Assembly: GCF_030028105.1 (NCBI RefSeq)
Contig: NC_092376.1
Span: forward strand, 116,558,230 to 116,622,229
DNA: 64,000 nt
Reading direction: 5' to 3'
Source of the DNA: Mobula birostris
Taxonomy: Eukaryota
Part shown: positions 1 to 11,700 of the stretch, piece after piece
How the letters are laid out: each line of letters opens with the position of its first letter
How positions within the stretch are numbered: position 1 is the stretch's first letter
Position numbers and translations under genes: made by a program
The notes under the pieces: generated by a model
What the model saw: the letters and a program-made list of their open reading frames with translations, nothing else
The model's database searches: none
Told to the model about the DNA's origin: nothing

Positions 1-1460
1 CCCCTTCCTTTGCAGTTCTGGTGGAGCTTGGCTCAAAAAACCTGTTATTCTCCACCATCGATGCTGCATGACTTGCTCTGTTCCTTCAGCATTCTGTGTG
101 TTGCTCAAGATTTCCAGCATCTGCCTCATTCAAATTCCAAGGAATTTAGATGAACTGTAACAATCTGGCTGGGTTCAAACTCAAAGCCAGCAGTCATCAT
201 TTTATACCTGCAAGACACACTATAGTGCTGGAATCTGAATGATCACAGAGAGGATTTCCTTAAACTGCAGCACTCTTGCTTATTCAGCCCAACCACTGAG
301 AGGTCACTAATTTTTGGACATGATTGAACTTGTAGGCAAGAGGTCTGTTAACATCAAGATTAAGCAAAACGTATCTAGTGCAACCAAATTATATCAAGTT
401 TTCCAACAATTCTTAAGGCCGTTCTAGTCCATTTCTGACAAAAAGTTTTGAGATCCATTCTAGGACGTTAGCTCAACAAATGTTTGGAGTTTCCAACTTC
501 ACATTTCAGTTTGAGACTGGTGGATTATACCTCATGCACTTCATAAATAGAGTATTTTTGAAGCCGGTAATACTTTCCACTATAAATGTCACAAATAACA
601 AGAGTTCATTTCAAAATGTAGTTAGCAAACCACTTGAACCATTGACAGTCCACATTAAATTTAGACAGGTATCTTCACATTATAATTTGTCGTGCATACA
701 TACTGCCGCTCTTGGTCAGTGAATAGTGGTCTGTGGTGAATTTTGGTGCATTGTACCTTCCCAGCAGCTATTGATGGGCCTGGTCGAGGTAGACTAGGTC
801 AGTGCCAATGTCTCACTGAACTGAATGATGGCATGAATTTCAGACACTCATCTGCAGTATGTACCCGATCACAACTTTAAGCATTCAAAGATAGCAACTG
901 TCTGCAAAAGCAAAAAGACACAAATAAATCATTTTTTTCTGAAGTAATCCTGCAAGAGCTTTACAGAAACATTTCCATATAGCTGACAATTTCAGTGACA
1001 TTTCTCCCCATATTAACCACATGTTCAGCACTTTAGTCATGGGCATGCAAAACCTCTGTAGAAAATACAAATCGTTATTTTGTGAGTTACACAAAGAAGG
1101 ACTGTGATGCAAAGTTTACTTGTGTCAGATCAACACAATAAAGGTTGTGGACAAAATTCATGCTGCTTTCACACCAACCAGCCCTGACCACAAAGTTCAT
1201 TGCATTTGTGAGTCACACAGTTTGCAATTTTAGGAGAAGCAAGTACATCTCAAAGAATGTTGTAACTCAGAGAAAATTTAACCAAACATCATTTTGCTCA
1301 TTTTATTACAAACTCAACAACATGGGTCAAATCCAGCAAGTTTTCATTATCCAGTCCAGGGACCAGAATCACAGAGACTTGATCCATAACTGAACAAACT
1401 GTGCGTGGTGCCTCATAGTCTCCAAATAAACTGGAGACTCTTCCTGTGAGCTGCTCTCTG

Positions 1461-1581
1461 TCAAATATTGTGACTATTCCCCTTGCTCTGAAAAGTATGA
1501 ATTAATATTCAAATTAATCTCCAAATTTCATCTGCAGACAACAGCTTGCACTCTGAGACACCTCATTTGAATCCCAATTTT
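1461..1581 (-). pseudogene. Paralogous TIM exon 6 (1581-1562) and start of exon 7 (from 1487)
   Basis: ttcttccag|AAAATTGGGATTCAAATGAG|gtgtct (phase 1-0), then a 74-nt intron, then cttttcag|AGCAAGGGGAATAGTCACAATATTTGACAGAGA. This mirrors exons 6-7 of the intact gene. Confidence 0.5.
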
Positions 1582-1829
1582 CTGGAAGAAAAAATATTGC
1601 AGATGCTAGAAATCTGAAATAAAACAGAAAATGCTGAAGAAAGACCAAGAACACGAACTGTTAACTCTACTTGTCTTTCCGCAGATGCTGCCTGACCCGC
1701 TCTGTATTTCCCTCAGCTTCAATTAATGGGGTGATCATTCTTCACTCTGTGATCTGCTTTCTAACCAAATGATGGTTTCTGCGGATGTTTCAGGAATCAA
1801 CACCTTCTGCCCTCGTATCCCACTGTCAT

Positions 1830-2482
1830 TAGATTAGATTATGAGGACACTCAGTCCTCGTTAATTGTCATTTAGAAGTGCATGCGTTAAAAAATGATAC
1901 AATGTTGCTCCAGAAAGGTATCACAGAAACACAGGACAAACCAAGACTAAAACTGACAAAAGCCACATAATTATAACATATAGTTACAACAGTGCAAAGC
2001 AATACCGTAATTTGATAAAGAGCAGACCATGGGCACAGTAAAAAAAAGTCTCAAGTCCCGATAGCCCCATCATCTCACACAGACGGTAGAAGGGAGAAAC
2101 TCTCCCTGCCATGAACCTCCAAGCACCGCAAACTTGCCGATGCATTGTAGGCACCCGACCGCAGCCGACTCTGAGTCCGTCTGAAAACTTCGAGCCTCCG
2201 ACCAGCCCTCCAACACTGAGCACCGAGCACCATCCTCTGCCGAGTGCTTTGACCCCGCCCCGGCCGCCGAGCAACAAGCAAAGCCGAGAACTCAGGGCCT
2301 TCCCCTTCGAATATTCTGGATCACACAGTAGCAGCGGAAGTGAAGCAGGCATTTCAGAAGTTTCACCAGATGTTCCTCCATGCTCTCACGTCTGTCTCCA
2401 TCAAATCAGGATTGTGCACGGCACCCTACTTGACAGATAACAGATATCACCACCGGAGTGGCTGCTGTGAGCTGCATCGCGC
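1830..2482 (-). mobile_element. Non-coding retroposon (LINE-derived or SINE-like) with (TCTAA)n tail
   Basis: Minus strand begins aagatggcagcgcg and ends ctcataatctaatctaa; no credible ORF. Confidence 0.5.
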
Positions 2483-2611
2483 TGCCATCTTCTCCCTCCC
2501 TCCCTCCTCTAACAAAAAGACCACTCTAGAACGAAACACTCCTACCTCTGGTCCGCTCCTGTAAATTTACAACTCTGACGCCCACCTAACGATGTGGATA
2601 ATTGCCTAGAT

Positions 2612-2710
2612 ATGTCTTGTCCGCACAAAGCAAGTCAAATCCAATCCAGCTAATCATTCTAATCCCAATTATCAGCAAGCTGATAGAAGTTGTTTGCATT
2701 TCCCCAGCAT
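2612..2710 (-). pseudogene. Decayed paralogous TIM transmembrane exon (frameshifted)
   Basis: After aacatag|, atgctggggaaatgcaaacaac..gcttgctg..ttgctttgt aligns by eye to gttcctggtgagcgtgtaaacaac..ctttgctg..ctgctttgc. No intact donor. Confidence 0.45.
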
Positions 2711-3799
2711 CTATGTTGAGGGGATTGCTACTCCCTCTCACATTTGCCCCTTTTGCTGCCATAGTAATAAGGAATCACAATCTTTGTCAGCAGTTACTTT
2801 CTGCAGGGACCAGCAGCCCTACAATGTGACCCATCAAGTAACCACTGCAGCCCTGGGCATCCAGAGGCTGGGCCCCAGTAAAACAGCCTGCCCTTATTCC
2901 CATGTTACTGGTGACCACACCAAATTTAATCCTGTATAACAGAATGGTTTCCAAATGATCGGGAATGAGACCTCATTCCGTGTACCTTCAGTAGGCTTGC
3001 TTCCTGGTTCCACATTTTCAGACTCCTTCTCTATCCTGGTGGTTGTTCGATTTATTCCCGTGAATATTCGGTACAAGACCTCATGTGGTTCTGCTTGAAT
3101 CCTCTCCACACATACATTACACCCACAGCCCTCATTATATTTCCATGTATCTCATTAATGTTAGCAAACATTGACAAAATGTTTCACTCAGTCCCTAGTT
3201 ATAAATGCTAAATTTGTAAATATCCAAAGGCACATCTCTCTTCCAGGTTTTCATTGTGTCTTCATAACAAACCATGTCTGAAAATGATTGCACTGGGAAG
3301 TTCACCAACATCTTACCTTTAAACAGTCAAACCACCACCAATATCACTTTCTGCTTCTCACCTGCTCTCCCCTGTGCCCATCCCCATTATCTGGAGGCAG
3401 TCAACACTCATCTATCATTGGGTCAAGCAGGAGATAGACTCATCAGGTACACTCACACTCTTATTTATTAGAAAGCAGAAAGTGCACTGTGGTTGCAGCT
3501 TGTTACAAAGATAGCCTGACACAAGAGAACAAGGTTGGGCTATTTTCAGACCGAGCATGAGAGGCTTTGACTGAGATGGGAAACAGAAAAGATGCCCTCT
3601 ATCCTCTGGACGGGCTGTGGGGTTACATCTTGAGGAGGCAACAGGGTGGGACAGGTGAGACCGCAAATGCAGCAACTGCACCACAAGGGTCTGCACAGAG
3701 TGATGTAATGTTAATGTTAATGAATTCCTCCCTGCTTTCCAGTTTATACTTATAGCTATCTCCAGGCTATTACAACTCATAGTGTTGTAGAATACTACA

Positions 3800-6100
3800 G
3801 CAAAGAAATAGGCTCCTTGGTCCATCTGGTCTGTGCCAAAATATTAATCAGCCTGGTCCCATTGACCAGCACCCGCAGCATAGCCCTCTGTACGCCTCCC
3901 ATCCATGTACCTGTCCAAATTTCTCTTAAATGGTGAAATCGACCCTGCATCCAACTGTTGCAATGGAATGGGTGAAACCAAATGCAGGACACAGACACTG
4001 AGGTACAGTTATGTAAAATGTTTATTAACGGTTACAGGGAAGGCCAGGGAGCAAGGATTAGGTAGAGGAAAGCTAAGGAGTGAGGAAGGCTCGGCCGGGG
4101 ATTGAACTCAGGTCACTACGGTGGGAATGCGGTGTTTAACCACTGAGCCAATGGAGCGTGTAGGCGGGCGGTGGAACGAGGCAGAGCAGGGATGTGGATC
4201 AGGGTGCGAGCGTGGCTTGAGGAGAGCAGCAGGTGGAAGGATGAACGGGAAGACAGGCGGCGTGCAATGCTCCTATTAACACGGAGAGACAGAGTTAACA
4301 CAGGCAAACAGCACAGAAACAGAACTTGGAATACACAGTTCTTAGCGGTCGAGAGAAAGGTTTAACACCAGAAAACAGTGCGGGAAGAGAACTTCGAAAA
4401 CACAACTCTAAGCGGTTGAGAGACAGAATTACCACAAGCAGACAGTGCTGAAACGACACTTAGAATGCACAGTTCTAAGCGGTTGAGAGACAGAATTAAC
4501 ACAGGCAAAACAGCATGAGTGAACAGAGGAGCAGGAGGCAGGCAAAACTTTTCTTGACACAGGGCGTTGTTGGAGCTGAACGGCAAACAGGAGACAGTCG
4601 GCAGGCAACACTAATCTTGACATGGAGTGTTAAATGGAAAGGCAAATGGCAGACAATACTTTTCTTGATACAGGGTGTTGCTGGAGCTGAACGGCAAACA
4701 GGAGACAGGCGGCAGGCAAAACTTATTTTGACATGGAGTGTAGAAAGGCAAGCGGCAGACAATACTTATGTTAACACGGAGAGACGGAGTTACACAGGTA
4801 AACCTCGGTACTGATGTAAAACTTAGAATACTGATCTTGACACGGAGGGACAAAACTTCACATGTAAACCTCGGTACTGAAGTAAAACTTAGAATACACC
4901 ATTCTAAGTGGCTGGGAACGTGAATTACCACACAGGCTGAGCAACAGTCTGGCCACGAGTGGATGCAAAGCCGGGGTTTTTATGCAGCAGGTTTAGAAGA
5001 GAATCAGGTGTTGCAATCAAGGAGACCAGGAGAACACAGGGAAAAGGGAATTAGGATAATAAGAGGAATTAACGGTTGGGGGACCGTGACACCAACACAT
5101 GCGCTGCTACCTTGTTCCACACTATCACCACCCTCTGAATGAAGGAGTTCCCTCTTATGTTCTCCTTAAACATTTCACCTTTCACCCTTAATGCATGACC
5201 TCCAGTTGCAGTCTAACCCAACCGAGTGGAAAGAAAGCTTTCCACTATCTATATATCTATCCCCCTTTGTATACCTCTAATAAATTTCTTCTCATTCTTC
5301 TACGTTCTAGGAAATGAAGTCTTAACCTATTCAACCTTTGCCTTTAAATCAGGTCCTCAAGTCCTTGCAACATCCCTGTAAATTGCCTCTGCATTCTTTC
5401 CAACTTATTGACATCTTTCCTGCAAGTAGGAGACCAGCACTGCACACAATTCTCCAAGTTAGGCCTCACCAACATCTTTTACAACTTCAACGTGACATCC
5501 CAACTCCTGTACTCAATACATTGTTTTATGAAGACCAATGTGTCAAAAATTTTCTTTCTGACACTATCTACCTGTAAAACCACTTTCATGGAATTATGGA
5601 TCTGTATTTCCAGATCCCTCTGTTCCACCACACAGCTCATTCCCTACTGTTCACTGTGTAAGACCTACCCTGGTTGGTCCTCCCAAAGTGCAATATGTTA
5701 CACTTGTCTGCATTAAGCTCCATCTGCCATTTTTCGGTCCATTTTCCAGCTAGTCCAGATCCTGCTGCAAGCTTTGATAGTTTTCCTCACTGTCCACTAG
5801 ACCCCCAGTCTTTGTGTCATCCACAAATTTGCTGATCCGGTTAACCACATTATCATCGAGTTCATTGATATAGATGACAAACAACAAAGGGCCCAGCACT
5901 GATCCCTGTGGCTATCAACTAGACACAGGCCTCCGGTCAGAGGCAACCATCTCTCTGGATTCTCCCGCAAAGCTAATGTCTAATCCAATTTACAAACTCA
6001 TCTTCTTTACCAACATCCCATGCAGGACCTTGTTAGATGCCTTGCTGAAGTCCACATAGACAATATCTATTGTCTTGCCTTCATCCACTTTCCTGCTAAC
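3800..6100 (-). mobile_element. CR1 LINE 3' fragment, interrupted by a solo LTR
   Basis: Reverse CR1 RT/3' sequence (gcctcaccaac, tccaagtt, gtccacatagacaa) resumes at about 5097 after the LTR. Confidence 0.8.
3956..5091 (-). mobile_element. Solo LTR (Gypsy-like), 1136 bp, with internal tandem duplications
   Basis: TG...CA ends (minus strand TGTCACGG...GCAACA) with perfect 5-bp TSD CCAAC (3951-3955, 5092-5096). Confidence 0.85.
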
Positions 6101-6459
6101 TGTCAATGTATTTCAATTCAAATCTCTCTGAGGTGTGTGTAAAATTTTCTAAGGCCTTGTTTTGAAAAATAAGAAATGATGTCAGTTTACGGTTGTTAAT
6201 TAGCCTTCAATCAGAATCAATTAAGAATCTACAATACAATCTGTATCTAATCATTCGCACATGGCTTTTTGCTGAAGCAGGTCCATTTTGGATGTTCAGT
6301 GTTTTTGGATGTCCTGGTGATGTGTGAAAGGAACTTTATTAAATGCTTACCTTCACTTTAACTGCAAACATTTCAAACCCATTCTTTTCCAATAGACCAT
6401 GGAATTGATTGTGGACATCAGGAAAGGAAAGTCTGGGGAACACATAACAGTCCTCAAAG

Positions 6460-8110
6460 TTCAAAGTATGTTTCTTATCTAAATACATATAGGTCACCAT
6501 ATACAACCCTGTGATTCATTTTCCTGTGGGCATACTCAATAAATGTATAAAATAATAACCATAACAGAATCAATGAAGGACATCCCAACTCGGGCGTTCA
6601 ACCAGAGAGCAGAAGACAACAAACTGAGCAACTATAAAAAGAAAGAATTAATAATAATAAATAAATAAGCAATAAATACCAAGAACATGAGTTGAAGAGT
6701 CCTTGAAAGTGAGTGCATTGTTTGGAGGAACATTTCGATGATGGGGCAAGCGAAACTGAGTGAGGTTATCCTCTTTGCTTCAGGAGCCTTAGGGTTGAGG
6801 GGTGATAACTGTTCCTGAACCTGGTGATGTGAGTCCCAAGGCTCCTGTACCTTCTTCCTGATGGTAGCTGTGAGAAGAGAGCATCTCCCAGGTGGTGGGG
6901 CTCCATGATGGTGGATGTTGCTTTCCTGTGACAGGGCTTCATGTAGATGTGCTCAATGGTTGCGAGGGCATTAATTGTGATGGATTAGGATGTATCCATT
7001 ACTTTTTGTAGGATTTTCCATTCAATGGCATTGTCGTCTCCACATCAGTCAATATGCTCTCCACTACACATCTGTGGAAGTTTATCAAAATCTTAGATGT
7101 CATGCCAAATTTCCGCAAACTCCAAAGGAAGTAGAGCACTGCCTTGCTTTTTCATATTTGCCCTTACATATTGGGTTGAGAACAGGTTCTCCAAAATAAT
7201 TACAGCAAGGAATTTAAAGTAGCCAAAGTCTCTGATCCTATGATGAGGACTCGCTCATGGATTTCTTCTCCTGAAGTCAATAATCAGCTTCTTGGTCTTG
7301 CTGATATTGAGTAAGAGATTGTTGTTGTGGCACCACTCAGCCAGATTTTCAATCTCCCTCCTCTACATTGATTCATCACCATCTTTGACTTGGCCTACAA
7401 CAGTGGTGTTGTCTACAAACCAGAATATGGGATTGGAGCTGTGCTTAGCCGCTCAGTCAAAAGTGTGTAGCAAGTAGAGCAGGGGTCTATGCACACAGCT
7501 TTCTGATGCACCTGTGCTAATCGAGATCATGGAGGAGATGTTGTGGCTAATCTGAACTGACTGGGGTCTGCAAGGAAGGAAATGCACGATGCCATTCCAC
7601 AAGGTGGTATTAAGGCCAAGGTCTTGGAACTATCATTGAGGGGCCATCAGTAGAAAGGTTGAGCAGCTTCAAGTTCCTATCAAGGATCTATCCTGGGCTC
7701 AACACATTGATGTGATCATGAAGGCGACATACAATGACTATACTTCATTGGGATTGTGAGGAGATTTGGTATATCACCAAAGACTTGCTAATTTCTACAG
7801 ATGAATGGTGGAGAACATTCCTACTGGTTGCACCACAGCCTGATATGGATGTTCCAGCGCACATGATTGCAACAGGGTATAGAGTGTCGTAGACTCAGTC
7901 AGCTCCATCATGGGCACAACCCTCCCACCATCGAGGAAATCCTCAAAAAATAGTGTCTTAAGAAGGTGACTTTAATCATTAAGGAGTTTCACCATCTGGG
8001 ACATGTCCTCTACTTTCTACTTCCATTGGTGAGGGTCAGAGGAGCCTAAAGACCCACAATCAACAACTTAGGACAGCTACTTCCATTCCACTGTTAGATT
8101 TCTGAGTGGT
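6460..8110. mobile_element. Rex1/Babar LINE remnants (about 6460-7630 minus, about 7650-8110 plus)
   Basis: Decayed RT (ADDTTVV-like) and 3' UTR shared with other Rex1-like copies in the window. Confidence 0.65.
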
Positions 8111-8149
8111 TCATTCATACTTCCTCGCTAGTCCTCTTTTGCACAATTT

Positions 8150-8585
8150 ATATACACACACTCCTGTATCTCCTGTACCTAATAAAGTGGCAATGGAGTG
8201 TATGTTCTTGGTCTTCTGCTGCTGTAGCCCGTCCACTTCAAGGTTCAACATGTTGAGCATTCAGAGATGCTCTCCTGCACACCACTGTTGTAACATGTGG
8301 TTATTTGAATTACTGTCACCTTCCTGTCAGTTTGAACCAGTCTGGCTATTCTTCTCTGACTTCTCTCATTAACAAAGTGCTTTTTGTTTATTGTACCATT
8401 CTCTGTAAACTCTAGAGATTGCTGTGTGTGAAAATACAAGATCAACAGTTTCTGAGATACTGAAAGCACCCCCTCTGACACCAGTAATCATTCCCAGGTC
8501 AAAGTGATTTGGGTCACATTTCTTACCCCTCTTGACCGTGTCTTCCTGCTTGTTATGCATTGAGTTGCTGCCACATGATTGACCT
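8150..8585 (-). mobile_element. Tc1-family transposon remnant
   Basis: KKCDPNHFDLGMITG..FSISETVDL.FSHTAISRVYREW (Tc1 HTH); TIR-like tgtacctaataaagtggc. Confidence 0.8.
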
Positions 8586-8769
8586 TAAACTTATTATTAT
8601 ATATAGCCACTGCCATACCTTCTTCTTTTTCGCATCAATATGTTGGGCTCACGATAGATTTTCAGCAATGTTGACGCACAGGAACTTGAAAATGCTCACC
8701 CTTTCCACTGTTGCCTCCAAGAGGACCACAACCTTGTCTTAGGGCTTGGAGGCTTGCATGCCTTGACGA

Positions 8770-11700
8770 CCTGGAGAGCTATGTTGACTGGAGTCAGGAC
8801 CCCATGCTTTGGCTCTGAGTAGGGTCACCCATGCCAAATAATTAAAAAGGTAGAGCTCAGACTAAGAGTGGTCCACCCGTCTTCCAGGTTCATGAGTTCA
8901 ACCCAGGACTAACAACCCTGACTGGTCAAAAAAAATTGTTATGGAAACAGCAAAGAAGAATCCCTATATATCTGTGTGCGACGATATTCCTAAGTCTCCA
9001 CCTGGGATTTGCATGACTGACAGTAGTGAAAACAAAGATGAAGCTACTGGCATGATGAAGGAAGCCCTGAGCACAGCCAAGACCAAGACCAATTTTTTTT
9101 TGGAATGTATGAACCATGTACAACACTGGAAAGCTAGCACAAATAACTGCAGAAATGTGTGGTTACAACCTGCATATACTGGGTGTCAGTGAAATGGACA
9201 GTGTCTGGCAGACTAAAGGCAGCAACTGGTGAAACAGTTTTAGACTCAGGAAGGGAAAATGGGCAGCATCATGATGGTGTACCTGTCATTTTGAAGAAAG
9301 GCATTGAGAAATGCTGGAGTGGAAACCAATCAATAGTAGGCTGATGAGAGTCAGCATAAAAGAGAAGCAAGTGAACATGACTGTGATCCAGTGCTATGCT
9401 CCAACTAACAATAGTGACATTGCAGAGAAGAATGTCTTCTACGAACAGCTGCAATCGGTGGTAGAGTTAATGCCACATCCTGACATAATCATCGTCATGG
9501 GAGATCTAAACACTAAAGTGGGAAATAACAACTCACACTTCTCTCGGGCCATGGGCACGCATTGACGTGGAACGATAAATAACAATGGTGAAAGACTGGT
9601 GGAATTCTGTGCCATGAACAATCTGGTCATAGGAGGGACTCTCTTTCTACACTGTGAAATCTACAAACTGACTTAATGCTCATCCAATGGACATGACAAG
9701 AATCAGATTGACCATTTAATGATCAGTGGTACTTGGAGACGATCCTTGCAGGATGTAAATCTGAAGGGAGAAATAGAAACAGGAAGTGATCACCACCTTG
9801 TTGTAGCACTCAAACTGAGAAGCACTGGGACTAAACACATGTACAAAGATGTTTTGATGTTGAAAAGCTCAAGGACCCAAGTGTGAGATCTATCTTCACC
9901 ATTCAGTTTAAGAACAGATTCCAGGCCTTGCAAGACTTTGACGAGGATGTGTCAGTAGACAAGATTGACACTGTGTGGAAACGGATTGCCTTGCTCTTCA
10001 AGGAGAACAGTGAGGCTTGTCTGGGATACAGAGCTGCAAAGAAGAACACAGAATGGTTACAGCAGGAAACATGGACAGCCTTAGAAAGGTGGAAAGCTAA
10101 GAAGAAATTATCAGATGTAAAGTCAACAGGCATTAAGATGGAACTTAACAGGTATTCACTGATGCTAACAAGGAAGTGAAGAGACCTGTAAGAAAGTATA
10201 AGAGAGTCTACATTGAAAACCTAGCAGAGAAGGCCAAAACAGCAGCCAATTCAGGTGATCAGGGAAATATATGCAAGATTGGTCTGCAGATAGTTCCAGG
10301 CCAGGTCCAGTGGTCCCGTGAGAGATAAGAACGATCTGCTTTTGACAATTGAGAAAGAGACAGAAGTATGATGGAATGTATGAACCATGAAGTATGAGTA
10401 TTTCGGAGAATTACTGAGCAGATCACCATCAAATGAAGAACCTGACATATAAGAGGTAGCAGAGGATCTCAACATCAATACAGATCCACCCAAGAAAGAA
10501 GAAATTGTTGCTGCGATTAAATCATTAAAGAATAGCAAATTTCCAGTTTATGATAATTTGAATGCTGAGCTGTTCAAAGATGAACCAGAAGTTGCAGCAG
10601 CCGTCCTGCAAACACTGCTTACTATAATCAGGGAAGGGGAACAAGAACCCAAGAACTGAACAAAGGGAGTTATTGTTAGGATCCTCAAGAAAGGAGTGCC
10701 AAGTGATTCTCACCAAAGTGATTGTCCAGTGGATTGCAGATACTGCTGATGTGTGCTTGTGTAAAGAGAAAACTGCCTTCAGGAGGAACAGAGGCTGTGC
10801 TGACCAGAACTTCATGCTGTGTAACATCACAGAACAGTTTACAGAGTGGTAGTGACAACTGTATGTGAATTTTGTGGACTTTGAAAAGCCTTTTGATAGC
10901 ATTCACAGGGAGAGCCTCTGGCGAACTCTCAGATCATATGGAATCTCTTCCAAAATTGTTCAGCTTATCCAGAGTTTGTCTGCTAATTTCACCTGCACAG
11001 TTCGGACTGCAATTTGAGCTTTGAAGTCAAGACGGGAGTCAGGCAAGGCTCTGTGATGTTGGCGATATTATTTACCCTGGTGATTGACTGGGTTATGAGG
11101 CAAACAACGAAAAATAAGCAGAGAAGCATTAGGTGAACAACTATTCTCAACTTCAGAAGATCTGTGGTCAACTTTAGAAGGTATGTGGTCAAGTGCCCCC
11201 ATCTTGGCCACTCTGACCACATATCTGTCAGGCAACACCAGCATATAAACCACTGCTTAAACGTGTGAGAGCAGAGAAAGGAGAGATAAGGGTCTGGCCA
11301 AAAGGAGCAGCCTCAGCGCTACAATGATGTTTTTTGCACACAGACTAGGACATATTCAAAACAGCAGCCTCCTATGATGACCGTACAGACATTGAGGAGT
11401 ATGCGGAGGCAGTAATCAGCTATATAGCCAAATGCATGGAGGATGAAATTGTGATGAAAACCTTCACCGCACCGCACCATTATAAAAAGCCATGGATGAC
11501 AACAGAGGTGCGTTCACTACTGAAGGCCCGTGACACAGCCTACAGATCGGGGGACAGGAGTGCGCTTCACTCAGCCAGGTCTGTGCTTTCACTAGGGATC
11601 AGGAAAGCAAAAAGGGCCTATGCGGGGAAAATACATGGACACTTGTGTGACACAGGTGACACCAGACGGATGTGGCAGGGAATTAAAGTTCTGACAGACT

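Noticed and set aside
480-1290. Short ORFs and faint RT-like words (DLVYLD, KWFANY) on the minus strand
   Set aside because: Many stops and no ordered motif set; could be old 3' UTR or an ancient LINE trace; not supportable as a feature.
1298-1487. 62-codon open frame (phase 2) with GDYEAP after the acceptor at 1488
   Set aside because: The upstream micro-exon ends in phase 0, and homology to the intact gene is in the phase-0 frame; a frame this long can arise by chance.
3312-3395. Strong donor (AAAG|gtaaga) with VILVVV upstream; similar orphan donor near 6350
   Set aside because: In-frame stops or repeat-derived upstream sequence; no similarity to TIM exons.
4370-4910. Repeat-spacer-like pattern resembling a CRISPR array
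   Set aside because: Units are irregular, long and nested within a TG..CA solo LTR with a TSD in vertebrate DNA; no cas genes.
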